Virus record (IMG/VR): IMGVR_UViG_3300027714_000001
Span: 42,180-106,179 of that record
DNA from: a virus
Length of the DNA: 64,000 nucleotides
Direction: 5' to 3' (one strand)
In this document: positions 17,075 to 27,947 of the stretch, piece after piece
How the letters are laid out: each line of letters begins with the position of its first letter
How positions within the stretch are numbered: position 1 is the stretch's first letter
The notes under the pieces: model-generated
The model's input: only the letters and a program-made list of their open reading frames with translations
Told to the model about the DNA's origin: nothing
Database searches by the model: none
Position numbers and translations under genes: made by a program

Positions 17075-17596
17075 TTGGAAACTTTACTAGCATTTGGATT
17101 AGGTCTTTTAACATCTTACTGGGTTTTAGGGGCATTTATACTGTTTGCCATTTGGGTAGAGTCTAATGACTGTCACGGATGGTCAGCAACCTTTACTATA
17201 TTAGGTCTAGTATCCGCATACTTCATATTTAGTCTATCACCTTTACTGCTATTAGCTTACATTCCTGTTGGAATATTGTGGTCCGTCTGGAGATGGAAAG
17301 TCTATTGTAAAGACTGCCTTAAAAGAGCAAAAGCAGGAAATTTATATACAGGCAGTTGGAACGAAGTAGGCTCAAAAGAAAACAAAGAAGCCTCTAGGAG
17401 AGCACTTGAGTCCGCAACAAAACTGAGTGGCAACGTAGACAAAATTGTTGCTTGGATTATATGTTTCCCTGCTAGTATGATAGAAAGACTAGCGTCTGAC
17501 TTAATAGACTTCATAAGAATTGTAGTTACAGACTGGTGTGCCAAATTGTACACAGGCATTTCTGCCAATACATTAAAAGACTTCGACAAGGATTAA
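17075..17596 (+). CDS. membrane protein
   Basis: Three or more hydrophobic segments; AGGA RBS with TTG start. Confidence 0.7.
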   Translation: METLLAFGLGLLTSYWVLGAFILFAIWVESNDCHGWSATFTILGLVSAYFIFSLSPLLLLAYIPVGILWSVWRWKVYCKDCLKRAKAGNLYTGSWNEVGSKENKEASRRALESATKLSGNVDKIVAWIICFPASMIERLASDLIDFIRIVVTDWCAKLYTGISANTLKDFDKD

Positions 17597-17771
17597 TTAT
17601 GTTTCAACTACCTATATCATTTACTGCATACAACAAAGAGCACAAAAGAAACTTTCTAATTAAGTTTACTAATGTGCAAGGGGACTTCATTGATGAAACT
17701 GGTGTAGTACATAAATTAAAGTTTCTGACAGAAGAAGCTGCCGAGAAACCTCGGTTAAAAATATAATACAG

Positions 17772-17806
17772 AGGGGGCGGGCTTATTTTTAAGTTCGCCC
17801 TTTTTT
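17772..17806 (+). terminator. rho-independent terminator
   Basis: GGGCGGGCTTA...TAAGTTCGCCC followed by a T-run. Confidence 0.75.
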
Positions 17807-17829
17807 GTGTGAAAATAAGGAATTAAGTT

Positions 17830-18147
17830 ATGCACTGGATTGATAGTTTTAGAATATTTCCTCGGATAGTATTAGTTCTGTACATTGCAGCACTTTGGGT
17901 TTGCCTAAACTGGTACTTAGACTTTGATATAATATACCAAAAAGAGTGTGACCCTAGTACTCTAACTTTGTTACTAGATAGGAACATTCCATTAAAAGAT
18001 TCACGAGACATAGCCTGTACTACCACAGCAGCAGTGGGCAGACCTCACGGATATACCGCACTAATGTCAGTACTTGTAACCGCTGGAGCAGGTATATTTG
18101 GACTATACGTTAACTCGGGCAGAACGTCCCGTAAGGAGAAAGAATGA
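17830..18147 (+). CDS. putative holin
   Basis: Two TM segments, basic C-terminal tail, directly upstream of the spanins. Confidence 0.55.
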   Translation: MHWIDSFRIFPRIVLVLYIAALWVCLNWYLDFDIIYQKECDPSTLTLLLDRNIPLKDSRDIACTTTAAVGRPHGYTALMSVLVTAGAGIFGLYVNSGRTSRKEKE

Positions 18148-18521
18148 TACAGAAATATTTAATTATAGGGGCAGTTGTTGCTGCCCTAGCAGGTGGTGGA
18201 GCATACGGATTTAAGTTATACCTAGATGAAAAAGTCTCTCATGGATTAACTAAACAATCTTTGTCTCAAGTTACAGGACAACTCGTACAGTACGAAGAAG
18301 ATTTAGCTAATCTTAGAGGGAAGCAGGTTACTCTAGAAACAAAAAACAAAGACATTTCACTAGAACAAAGTGAGTATGTAAGAGAGCTAAACGGACACAG
18401 AAACAGAGAAGATGTGATTCTAAAGAAGAAGTCACGTATAACAATAAGAATTAACAAAGCGTACCAAAAAAGACAGAGAAAATTAGCTTGTGTTACAGGG
18501 GACTTTGCATTATGCGAATAG
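18144..18521 (+). CDS. i-spanin (Rz-like)
   Basis: N-terminal TM, coiled coil, C-terminal Cys pair. Confidence 0.7.
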   Translation: MIQKYLIIGAVVAALAGGGAYGFKLYLDEKVSHGLTKQSLSQVTGQLVQYEEDLANLRGKQVTLETKNKDISLEQSEYVRELNGHRNREDVILKKKSRITIRINKAYQKRQRKLACVTGDFALCE

Positions 18522-18829
18522 TAATACTAGCGGTATTTATGTTAGGATGTACCAGCACACCACTTCCTCCTGTGGTAGTGTCAAAGGCACCTACTTATCA
18601 TCCAGGCTTTCCCGCACCGTACTCTATGTGTGACGTTACATGGAAAGTTTTGGAAGATGCAGGAAAACCTATAGTATCGTTATCTTATAACGATAACTTA
18701 ACAGCAGCTATATGTGATAGAGACAAGGATCGATATATACAACAGTTGCTACAACTAACATGTTACTATCGTTTAGATATTTCTGAACGAATTTGTACTA
18801 AGGAAACTAATGTCAACAAAAATAAATAA
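18512..18829 (+). CDS. o-spanin (Rz1-like lipoprotein)
   Basis: MRIVILAVFMLGC lipobox followed by a Pro-rich segment; overlaps the i-spanin end. Confidence 0.7.
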   Translation: MRIVILAVFMLGCTSTPLPPVVVSKAPTYHPGFPAPYSMCDVTWKVLEDAGKPIVSLSYNDNLTAAICDRDKDRYIQQLLQLTCYYRLDISERICTKETNVNKNK

Positions 18830-19454
18830 AATTTACGCAAAGCCCGTAATAAGCAGTGTTTCATACATTTACATCTCAGGAGCAATAGGCGATCCCGGAG
18901 AATACATAGAAGAAATACAAACTCTCAAGGAAGCAGAGCAGGGAGACGAAGTAAACTTATTTATTAATACGGAGGGAGGAAGTGTACACACAGCAGTACA
19001 AATAATTACAGCAATAACTAACTGTAAGGCCAATGTGGTAGGACACATTGAAGGAATATGCCACTCAGCGGGTACGTATTTATTCTTATCTTGTGACGAG
19101 TGGGTAGTAAATCCACATTGCATGATGATGATACATAACTATAGCGGCGGATCTTATGGAAAAGGCGAGGAGCTAGTAGATGGGGTTCTAGGAACACATC
19201 TTTGGATAACAGAGATGATGCACAACATATATGAAACTTTCTTAACTCCAAAAGAGATTAAACAAGTAATAAAGGGTAAAGACATATACTTAACGTCTAG
19301 CCAAATACTAGAAAGACTTCCTAGACTACTGGAAGCAAGAGAGTTAGAAGATGAAATAGCCCAAGAAGAAGCTATGAAACTACTAGCTAAGCAATTAAAA
19401 CAAACATTAGCGGAAGACGATAATGAAGGAAAGAATCTTAGAGGAATTTCGTAA
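18810..19454 (+). CDS. clpP: ClpP-like protease
   Basis: INTEGGSV, CHSAGT (Ser), MMMIH (His); T5-like phages carry one near the lysis genes. Confidence 0.85.
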   Translation: MSTKINKIYAKPVISSVSYIYISGAIGDPGEYIEEIQTLKEAEQGDEVNLFINTEGGSVHTAVQIITAITNCKANVVGHIEGICHSAGTYLFLSCDEWVVNPHCMMMIHNYSGGSYGKGEELVDGVLGTHLWITEMMHNIYETFLTPKEIKQVIKGKDIYLTSSQILERLPRLLEARELEDEIAQEEAMKLLAKQLKQTLAEDDNEGKNLRGIS

Positions 19455-19878
19455 AGCCCCTGCAAACAGCAAGCTTTATCTTGGAGCAGATAGCGTCCGT
19501 TTTATTAAAGACGGACAAGCGTTTGCTAGAATCTCGGTAGTAGCAGTTATTCACTTAGCTGCTAGCAAAGGTTGTAAAGTTATAGGAGACAATTTTGTCA
19601 AACGAGTATATGACAGCAACCTAGGCAAACCACAACATAGAATGATGTTAGAGGTTTACGAAGTTTGTAAACTTTATCTAGAATTGGTAGAGCATCTTAG
19701 TGAGATAGATATTGAAGTGCACTTGGACATTAGCGAAGATAGTCAATACGGGTCGTCATGTGCAGCTAAGCAAGCAGCAGGATACATTTTAGGTATGTGT
19801 AATGTACGCCCCATTATGAAGCCAAACGCTTGGGCAGCTTCTACTTGTGCAGACTTATTTAATAAAAAATTAGCTTGA
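19423..19878 (+). CDS. RNase H-like YkuK (DUF458) protein
   Basis: LYLGADS, EVHLDI and KPNAWAAS..AD motifs. Confidence 0.8.
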   Translation: MKERILEEFRKAPANSKLYLGADSVRFIKDGQAFARISVVAVIHLAASKGCKVIGDNFVKRVYDSNLGKPQHRMMLEVYEVCKLYLELVEHLSEIDIEVHLDISEDSQYGSSCAAKQAAGYILGMCNVRPIMKPNAWAASTCADLFNKKLA

Positions 19879-20010
19879 CGTATTGGTTAGCTTTTGCTAT
19901 AATATGTTTCTGGAATTGAGAAACAGATAAGCAAATAAATAAAACATAAATTGGTTTGACCAATAGCCAAATATTTGCTATAATAGTTTTAGAAATTGAG
20001 GAAACAGACA

Positions 20011-20877
20011 ATGAATAAAGAAATATTGTTAGACAGGTTAGAGAATATGTCTAATCGAGAGCTAAAAGAATTTTATCTGAAGTATCTGCCGCTCTTGGCA
20101 GATTCTATTAAAATTCAGTACGACGACCAAGGTATGGAACACGAAGCTTACGGATATAAACGCTTACTTGACGAGTTTAGAACATCTAAAGGTTGGGGTG
20201 GAGAAAGAAGCGGAAGTAATTGGCATAGAAGATGCCAAGCTTGGAGCATGTCAGCCTTGCAGCACACTCAGTCTGGTGTCTGGCTAGCAGCAGGATCTAC
20301 TTGGAAAGCTGGGTCTATACCTATATTTTTAAGCAAAGCAGTAAATTGCGTGACAAAGTCTGCTACAGACACAGAGGGCTACAACTATAAGAAGTTAGTA
20401 GAAAATAGTCTACCAACTGCCGCAGCAATGACAGGACAAGCTACAACTAGTGGCAGAATACAAACAAAAACAACTAATAAATCAAACACTCCAAAGGGAT
20501 CACCAATGAAAAACACACTAAATAAAATGCTAGAGACTAATAAAGAAGCCGCACACATAGCAGCAAAGCTAAGTGCAGGTAAAGTCAGCAACAACTTTGT
20601 GTTAGGTAAGCTAATGTCTGCTATGCCTTGGTATACCAAGCTTTTCTCTAAGAAAAGAGACTTAGTAGAAAACCCAATCGCCAAGTTAGTTACTGCACAA
20701 ACAGCAGCAGCAGCTATTGCTCAGTTTGCTCCTACTAACAAAAAGTTAGAATACCTAGCAGATGCTATGGTTCAGGATGCCATGCTAGATGTTACCTACA
20801 ACTCAGGCTTGCTAGAAGATTTAGTCAAAGAGTTAGAAAATTTGGTTAAGCTACCAGATAGTCTTGGCAAAGAATGA
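20011..20877 (+). CDS. hypothetical protein
   Basis: Follows tandem promoters 19875/19956. Confidence 0.7.
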   Translation: MNKEILLDRLENMSNRELKEFYLKYLPLLADSIKIQYDDQGMEHEAYGYKRLLDEFRTSKGWGGERSGSNWHRRCQAWSMSALQHTQSGVWLAAGSTWKAGSIPIFLSKAVNCVTKSATDTEGYNYKKLVENSLPTAAAMTGQATTSGRIQTKTTNKSNTPKGSPMKNTLNKMLETNKEAAHIAAKLSAGKVSNNFVLGKLMSAMPWYTKLFSKKRDLVENPIAKLVTAQTAAAAIAQFAPTNKKLEYLADAMVQDAMLDVTYNSGLLEDLVKELENLVKLPDSLGKE

Positions 20878-21338
20878 ATCTGCAACAAAAGCTAAGCGAA
20901 AACTTTAGACTTGGTGAGCTTACTAAGTCTAATACCGCAATCCGCTTAGGTATCGACAATACTCCGACATTCGAAGAACTAGAAAACCTAAGATCGTTAG
21001 CCTGTATAGTTTTACAGCCTGTACGAGAACACTTTGGTATCACACTAATAAGTTCAGGTTTTCGTTGTCAAAAACTTAACGCAGCATTAGGCTCTAGTGA
21101 CCGCAGTCAGCACCTTACAGGCAACGCTGTTGACATAGAAGTTCCAGGGCTAGACAATTACGTACTAGCAACTTGGATACGAGATAATTTAGAGTTTGAC
21201 CAGCTCATCCTAGAATTTTATGACGGCATAGACCCTGCATCAGGTTGGGTTCATGTATCCTATAAAGACTTAGGCAACCGAGGGCAATGTCTTACTATAA
21301 ACAAAGGCACTGTAAAACGTGGCTTAGTAAAGGAGTAA
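20874..21338 (+). CDS. peptidase M15A (probable endolysin)
   Basis: SENFRLGEL, ISSGFRC, SQHLTGNAVDI and WVHVS motifs. Confidence 0.85.
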   Translation: MNLQQKLSENFRLGELTKSNTAIRLGIDNTPTFEELENLRSLACIVLQPVREHFGITLISSGFRCQKLNAALGSSDRSQHLTGNAVDIEVPGLDNYVLATWIRDNLEFDQLILEFYDGIDPASGWVHVSYKDLGNRGQCLTINKGTVKRGLVKE

Positions 21339-21342
21339 CTAT

Positions 21343-21684
21343 TTGGAAGAAAAACCAGTAAACATAGCGTCTTTAGGTATAGGTAACTGGAGTAGTGGGG
21401 TAAAATCGACAAAGTCAAAGATAGAACTTATTAGAGACATTTGCAGTATTACAGGCAGTAAAAGCTTAGATATTGCTGCCCTCACTATAAAAGATATAAA
21501 AAGCATACTAAAATCAATAAAAGCAGGAAACACTATAACTGACAGTATACTACCACAAGCTAGGACTAAAGCTCCTTACTTAGATATACTAAAGCCTATG
21601 TTTCCTTCTGTTACTCTAACCAAATTATCTGTTTCTTCACTAAAAGAACTTATACAGGCAGTTACTTATGAAACCCAGAACTAA
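21343..21684 (+). CDS. hypothetical protein, paralog of 3784-4191
   Basis: RTKAPYL...LTKLSVSSLKEL matches RLKSPYI...FDKLTIATLKLL. Confidence 0.65.
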   Translation: MEEKPVNIASLGIGNWSSGVKSTKSKIELIRDICSITGSKSLDIAALTIKDIKSILKSIKAGNTITDSILPQARTKAPYLDILKPMFPSVTLTKLSVSSLKELIQAVTYETQN

Positions 21685-21855
21685 AAATGTACTCATATTA
21701 TTTATTATCATAGTAGGTATTATGTGTATTGTTGCTCCCCTAGTATTAGGAAGTGCAGCACTTATAGTCTATCTTACAACACTCTCTTTAACTGACGTAC
21801 TGCTAAGTCTAATCTCAGTAATACTAATGACCATAGCAATAGGAATATATAACAA

Positions 21856-22089
21856 ATGACAAAAACAGACTACCAAGAAACTATCGGGACATTGTTATGC
21901 CTAGACCGCAACATGACTAAAGACTTAGGCAACCTAAGCATCGAAACCCTATCAAAAATGTATGTTAATTACATACAAAATGCCAAAGACTACAATAACA
22001 AGCTAGAGCGAGTTATGGAGGCAGCTTACAAAAAAGGTGCAGAAAAGCATAGTAAGTCAGATGTAGCTAAGGCAGCTCACCGTGCTTGA
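21856..22089 (+). CDS. hypothetical protein
   Basis: ORF in the early operon. Confidence 0.6.
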   Translation: MTKTDYQETIGTLLCLDRNMTKDLGNLSIETLSKMYVNYIQNAKDYNNKLERVMEAAYKKGAEKHSKSDVAKAAHRA

Positions 22090-22142
22090 TGAATGTATTC
22101 TTCTTTCCACACTAACCCCCACACTTAACCTAGGAGTCATAT

Positions 22143-22496
22143 ATGCCTATTACAAGCTCAGAATTAATGAATTTTTGCAGCACTATAGATAAAAGAGTAG
22201 TTCAAGAGGAATTTATAGCGTTAGATGGGCAATTCGATCCTGCCTATTGTAAACAAATCCTAGAAGATAGAACAATGACCAAGGGCAAGATTAACACATT
22301 AGTTCAGTCTGCCTTTGGGCAAATCATATTCTTTCAAGTAGACGTAGAAAACGAAGTCACACCAGAACTATTTAAGAAGCATTATAGGTTTGGTAAGTAT
22401 CGCAATGTCCGACAATGGATTACCTTTTTCTATTTACGTTACCAGTTACTTCTTACACGAGAAACTCTGTTTAAGTACGTTACGTCCCAGGGGTAA
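22143..22496 (+). CDS. hypothetical protein
   Basis: AGGAG RBS. Confidence 0.65.
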   Translation: MPITSSELMNFCSTIDKRVVQEEFIALDGQFDPAYCKQILEDRTMTKGKINTLVQSAFGQIIFFQVDVENEVTPELFKKHYRFGKYRNVRQWITFFYLRYQLLLTRETLFKYVTSQG

Positions 22497-22740
22497 ATAA
22501 TGTTATTTGTATGTCAAGTATTAATGATACTCTATATCTTGTTTACTACAGCAAAAATTATAGAGTACATTGTTGATCCCACAGATTTCTACGCAAAGCC
22601 TTATGATTCTCTAAGGTATTTTGTAAAAGTTTGTGTGCTAGGGTATATAGGTTGGGCTGTCGGGCTAGTTGTTCCCGTACTCCTTTTAGCCTTTATAAAC
22701 CTATTCATTAAAGAGCAACTACAAAACAGGTGTAAAAACG

Positions 22741-23535
22741 ATGATTAACTTTAGAATTAATGGCTACCTATATACTCCTCAGTTCAGCACATTTCCTGGG
22801 GGCGAAGAACACGTTAATATTCGTACTAAGAACAGACTACCTGTGTGCCCTGATTGGAATGTTATCATAAAAGCGAAGCTTAGGTCTAGCTCTGACATTA
22901 TGAGATTGCTTTTGGTAGTAGATGCCTTACGCAATCAACAAGGCCACACAGTAGAACATATAGACCTGCACATGCCTTACGTACCCTACGCACGTCAAGA
23001 CAGAATCTGTAAAGAAGGGGAATCGTTCTCTCTAAAAGTATTTGCTGATTTAATCAACGACTTACAGTTTGATAATGTTTACGTAGAAGATGCTCACAGT
23101 AATGTAGCTTTAGATTTGTTAGAGAACTGCGTTAACCTTACACAAGTAGGATTACTTAGCACCACAGACTTGGGAGACACTATACAGAATGCGGACTACA
23201 TAGTTGCACCAGATGCGGGGGCAATGAAGAAAGCAGAGGCACTAGGAAAGTTCTACCAGAAGCCTGTACTGCAATGTGCTAAGTTTAGAGTAAGCAGAGA
23301 TGTTATTAGGGTAGACTTGCTTAACGCACCAGCAGATATAAAAGATTCTGTGTTAGTAGTTGTTGACGACATATGTGACGGAGGAGGAACTTTTAACGCA
23401 CTAGCATTGTCTCCGGAAATAGCAGAGGCCAAGGAGCTACACTTAATTGTAACACACGGCATCTTTTCTAAAGGCAAAGACGAGTTACTTTGGAAGTACG
23501 AAACAGTGGAGGCAGTAAATGACTGGACTAAATAA
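22741..23535 (+). CDS. prs: ribose-phosphate pyrophosphokinase-like (Adps-type)
   Basis: FPGGE, MPYVPYARQDR, DAHS, APDAGA and VVVDDICDGGGTF motifs. Confidence 0.9.
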   Translation: MINFRINGYLYTPQFSTFPGGEEHVNIRTKNRLPVCPDWNVIIKAKLRSSSDIMRLLLVVDALRNQQGHTVEHIDLHMPYVPYARQDRICKEGESFSLKVFADLINDLQFDNVYVEDAHSNVALDLLENCVNLTQVGLLSTTDLGDTIQNADYIVAPDAGAMKKAEALGKFYQKPVLQCAKFRVSRDVIRVDLLNAPADIKDSVLVVVDDICDGGGTFNALALSPEIAEAKELHLIVTHGIFSKGKDELLWKYETVEAVNDWTK

Positions 23536-23947
23536 TTATACAAACAGGGACGGTGTTCTAAATCGTCTAAAGAGAGAATACCTAGAACATGGAAAGATTA
23601 TCATAGCATTTGACTTTGATAATACTATATACGACTATCACAACCATGACCTAGACTTGGAAGCTACAATTTGTGCATTACGTAAAGCATACAAACTAGG
23701 TATGGAGCTGTTTTGCTTTACCGCTAACTCTAACCATCAGTTAATTACAGATGTGGTAGAGCACTTGTTAGGGATTCCTTACCAAGACCAAAAGATTAAT
23801 TGTTGTAGCTTAGATCATTTGTTTAAAGGCAGAAAGCCTTTCTACTCAATATTATTAGACGACAGAGCAGGTCTTGACTCAACCTTAAGAACTTTACACC
23901 AATTTATGTTTTTTGTTGAAGAAACATCTAGACAAAACGCCCAATAA
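23519..23947 (+). CDS. HAD-superfamily phosphatase-like protein
   Basis: IIIAFDFDNT, FTA, K and LLDDR motifs. Confidence 0.75.
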   Translation: MTGLNNYTNRDGVLNRLKREYLEHGKIIIAFDFDNTIYDYHNHDLDLEATICALRKAYKLGMELFCFTANSNHQLITDVVEHLLGIPYQDQKINCCSLDHLFKGRKPFYSILLDDRAGLDSTLRTLHQFMFFVEETSRQNAQ

Positions 23948-23987
23948 TCGGTATAATAGCTTTAGAAATTAACAAAAGGAACAACCC

Positions 23988-25763
23988 ATGAATAGCACAA
24001 TTAACGCAGTAGACTTCTATAAAACAGGCCACGGTCCACAGTACCCCTCTGGTACTGAGTATGTATATTCTAACCTAACCCCCCGATCAGTAAAATACGC
24101 GTCTACCGACCGCATTACAGTGTTTGGCATTCAGTCATTCATTGCAAAACGCCTTATCAAAGAATTTAACGACACATTCTTTAATCAACCATTAAATACA
24201 GTAATACAAAAGTATCAGCGCAGAATGGATAATGCCCTAGGTAAAGGCACAGTTACAACTAAACATTTAAAAGACCTACATAATTTAGGTTTCCTACCTA
24301 TGCACATTAAAGCATTACCTGAAGGTGTGTCTGTAAAGCCACTAATTCCTGTAATGACAATGATCAACACCTTACCAGAGTTTTTCTGGCTAACTAACTA
24401 CCTTGAGACAGTTTGTAGCTGCGATGTTTGGCAACCAATGACCAATATGTCTGTAGCTAGAGAGTATTTCTCCTTACTTACAGGTTTTGCAGAAGATACT
24501 GGTGTAGACCCTGAATTTGTCAAAGTACAGGCACATGATTTCTCAATGCGTGGAATGGCAGGAGTAGAAGCAGCAGCGGCCTCTGGAGCGGCTCATTTAG
24601 CAGCGGGTTTTACAGGAACTGACTGTGTTCCTGCGATTGACTACTTAGAGGATTGGTATTTCGCTGATTCGGACAAAGAAATGGTAGGATGCTCCGTTCC
24701 TGCTACAGAACACAGCGTTATGTGTATGGGAACAAAAGAAGACGAGCAAGCTACGTTTGAACGTATCTTAGACCTATATCCTCAAGGTATTAAGTCCATC
24801 GTGTCAGATACTTGGAACTTGTGGCAGGTCATTACAGAATATGCACCAAATCTTAGAGATAAGATTAACGCCGCAAAAGATATTATGAGTTACGAAGCTT
24901 ACGATTACCAAGAACCTTGTGCAGGTGAGCTACAGTTAGCGTACCAGAAGGGTTTTAAAGTTGTGAAAGTAGCAGACAAGGAATACCGCGCAATAAATAC
25001 TGATTTGCAGGGTACCGTATTTTTAGGTACAGAAATAGAAGCACCTGTGCTGATAGTCCCTGGCAAGACGGTTTTCCGTCCAGACTCGGGCTGCCCTGTT
25101 AAGATTCTTACGGGCTACAAGGCACTAACTAAATATGTTTTTGACAGCGTAGAAGAAGCAATAAGCCACGCTTGCGATTACCCTCAAGATACTTATGATT
25201 TTGAAGTATTTGAAGTAGTAGGAAAAGTTTTTGTTAGACTAAGTGACTATAAACTGGTAAGCGAGCACGAAGTTAAAGGTGTTGTAGAGTTACTGTGGGA
25301 ACAATTTCCTGGACTAGTAAACGCCAAGGGCTATAAAGAGCTAACTAAAGTAGGAGCAATCTATGGAGATTCTATCACACTAGAGCGTGCAGAGCAGATT
25401 ATGCAACGTCTTAAAGATAAAGGTTTTGCTAGCAGCAACGTTGTATTAGGTATTGGTTCGTTTACATACCAATATAACACTCGTGACACCTACGGTATGG
25501 CTGTTAAAGCTACGTGGGGTATGGTAGACGGCGTTCCTAGAGAAATTTTTAAAGACCCTATTACAGACGACGGAACAAAGAAGTCTGCAACTGGGTTGCT
25601 GCGTGTAGAGCTAGAACGTGCAGGCAACAAATTAGTTCCTGAGTATGTTTTATACGACAGACAAACTAAGTATGAAGAAGGCTGCGGAGAGCTAAGAACA
25701 GTATTCTTAGACGGCATTCACATGAATCAACAAACATTAGAAGAAATTAGAGGAACAAGATAA
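23988..25763 (+). CDS. nadV: nicotinamide phosphoribosyltransferase-like (Namat-type)
   Basis: DFYKTGH, HDFSMRG, PATEHSVM, VSDTW, RPDSG, IYGDSI and TRDT motifs. Confidence 0.92.
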   Translation: MNSTINAVDFYKTGHGPQYPSGTEYVYSNLTPRSVKYASTDRITVFGIQSFIAKRLIKEFNDTFFNQPLNTVIQKYQRRMDNALGKGTVTTKHLKDLHNLGFLPMHIKALPEGVSVKPLIPVMTMINTLPEFFWLTNYLETVCSCDVWQPMTNMSVAREYFSLLTGFAEDTGVDPEFVKVQAHDFSMRGMAGVEAAAASGAAHLAAGFTGTDCVPAIDYLEDWYFADSDKEMVGCSVPATEHSVMCMGTKEDEQATFERILDLYPQGIKSIVSDTWNLWQVITEYAPNLRDKINAAKDIMSYEAYDYQEPCAGELQLAYQKGFKVVKVADKEYRAINTDLQGTVFLGTEIEAPVLIVPGKTVFRPDSGCPVKILTGYKALTKYVFDSVEEAISHACDYPQDTYDFEVFEVVGKVFVRLSDYKLVSEHEVKGVVELLWEQFPGLVNAKGYKELTKVGAIYGDSITLERAEQIMQRLKDKGFASSNVVLGIGSFTYQYNTRDTYGMAVKATWGMVDGVPREIFKDPITDDGTKKSATGLLRVELERAGNKLVPEYVLYDRQTKYEEGCGELRTVFLDGIHMNQQTLEEIRGTR

Positions 25764-26056
25764 TGAGCTATATTAAAGAAAACGGCAGATTTGTAGAAGT
25801 AACAGTATTGACAGCTTTTCACAATCTGTCAGACCCCGAACTAGTAATTGTAGCAGACACCGAAGGCACATTGAAGATTGTAAATATCAACATTATCTAT
25901 GACAAACTGCCCGCAGCAGAAGATCAAGAAGAAGTAGAGTTACTACACAAAACTGTAGAACGTCTAACAGCAGAACTGGATCGAATGAAAGCACAGGCTA
26001 AACAAGCTGCACCTGACCTAGTTAAATTCCTAGAGAATATGCTAAAACAAAAGTAA
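25763..26056 (+). CDS. hypothetical protein
   Basis: Coupled TAATG overlap. Confidence 0.65.
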   Translation: MSYIKENGRFVEVTVLTAFHNLSDPELVIVADTEGTLKIVNINIIYDKLPAAEDQEEVELLHKTVERLTAELDRMKAQAKQAAPDLVKFLENMLKQK

Positions 26057-26639
26057 AATTTATCTGGACACATTGCTCATTGTTTGCTATAATAGTTTCA
26101 GAAATTAAGAAAAGAAAGGAAAAAATTATGGCAACCTGTCCTTGGATAATGTGTACCAGCTTACTTCCAGAGTTCTGGTTAGAAGTGGAAATATGCACCG
26201 TAGATAAACAAATTTATCGTGCTTGTTTGATCCCTAAAAGTTACAAATGGAAAAATGCTTTTGGCAATACCTTCTATAAAGATGAAGTAACTGACTGGAA
26301 AGTTTTAACCGAAACCCCCTTACCTGAGAGATTTTTATAATGGAAGAATTAGAAGATGAACTAGACCAAGTATGTACGTGGCATATAATGCACCTTATAA
26401 TTACTGTTTTTACAGGTGGGTTCTGGGCAGTAGCATGGATAGCATGTGGTCTAAGAAACAATCAAGTACGCACTAAGCTGACAGAAAGGATTAATCGAAT
26501 ACAACGGAGACGTAATGCGGCACAAAAGAATTAAACTGTTTTTAGTAGGACTAGGTATACTAGCAACAGTATCAGTATGCTACAACCAAAGTATTAAGAG
26601 TACAGACTTTGGGTACAATCAATCTATTGGGAGTAAAGT

Positions 26640-26981
26640 GTGAAAGATTTTAAAGCTCAAGTTAATAAAGCAATTGACAAGCTAGAGAAGCAAGGTCACT
26701 TCTCCAAAGACTCAAACGGTGCGTGCTACTACCAGAACGCCAACAACTGTTGCATTATAGGGCATATGATACCTAATTTTAGACTAAGACAAAAAGCAGA
26801 CAATGCTGGAGATAGTGGTATATGTGAGCTTATAGATAGCAATGTTATACCAGAGTTTACAGACCAATTTATTCAAAGCGAAAGAGGAGTATTACGAGCC
26901 TTACAAGCCTTACATGATTTATGGGCAGGCACTTTTAAGGACTCAATACGAGCTATGCGAGGATTGTCTAGTGTCCTCTGA
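26640..26981 (+). CDS. hypothetical protein
   Basis: GGAG RBS with GTG start; CYY...CIIG and LQALHD motifs common in phage ORFs. Confidence 0.65.
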   Translation: MKDFKAQVNKAIDKLEKQGHFSKDSNGACYYQNANNCCIIGHMIPNFRLRQKADNAGDSGICELIDSNVIPEFTDQFIQSERGVLRALQALHDLWAGTFKDSIRAMRGLSSVL

Positions 26982-27187
26982 TGCAGTATTAGGATTTAAC
27001 TTATTTATGTTAGAGGTTATTGCAGGTATGATTATTTGTATCCTAGGCGTATCCCAGTTCAACGTCAGCTACGAAAACAAAGCACAGAGCCTAACAACCT
27101 TTGCAGCTATATGTGCTAGTGTAAATAGCACCCCCAAACCTTTTGACATAAACACTGTGCTATGCACAAATGGAGCAGAAATAAAAT

Positions 27188-27619
27188 ATGATTGAAATAG
27201 TAAAAATACACCCTGATGCTAAACTACCTTTTAGAGGCTCAGCATCCGCAGCAGGTCTAGACCTGTACTCTATTACTTCCGCAGTTATACCTCCAGGTAC
27301 TAGAGCATTACTACATACTGGAATTACTATGGCAATGCCCGAAGGCTTTGTAGGTCTTATCTGGCCACGTAGTAAGTTAGCAAATACTTACGGAGCTACA
27401 GTGTTAGCAGGAGTTGTAGACTCAGACTACCGTGGGGAAGTTATGATTTCTTTACTTAATACAGGTAAAGATGAAATGGAAGTAAACGTAGGTGATAAAG
27501 TAGCCCAGATGATAATGCAACAACACTTCTCTGACATGAAGATAGTAGAAGTAGGAAATTTATCAGAGACAGTACGTGGAGTTGACGGCATTAACTCTTT
27601 TGATATGAGGCTACGATGA
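27188..27619 (+). CDS. dut: trimeric dUTPase
   Basis: AGLDL, PRS, GVVDSDYRGE, AQ and RG motifs. Confidence 0.92.
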   Translation: MIEIVKIHPDAKLPFRGSASAAGLDLYSITSAVIPPGTRALLHTGITMAMPEGFVGLIWPRSKLANTYGATVLAGVVDSDYRGEVMISLLNTGKDEMEVNVGDKVAQMIMQQHFSDMKIVEVGNLSETVRGVDGINSFDMRLR

Positions 27620-27947
27620 TGAATACCAGAGATTTTTTAGAGTGCTCTGATTGCCTAAAAAACTTAGAAGAGTTCATTGAGCTAGACGGCACGTATCATT
27701 TAGACGCTATTCAAGCTCTAGAGAACTACACCTTGTTCCTAGAAATGAAGCGCTTAAAATCTTATCAACATACAGTTAAACTTCCTGAAAGTTTAAGAGA
27801 TACCCAACACACATTTATAACTACACCTAACCCCTTTAACACTTCAAAAATAACCTGCTAACGCGGGTTTTTTGTTTTATAAAACTTGTAGACAAGAAGC
27901 CAAATAATCGGTATAATAGCTTTAGAAATTGAGAAAAGGAACGAATT

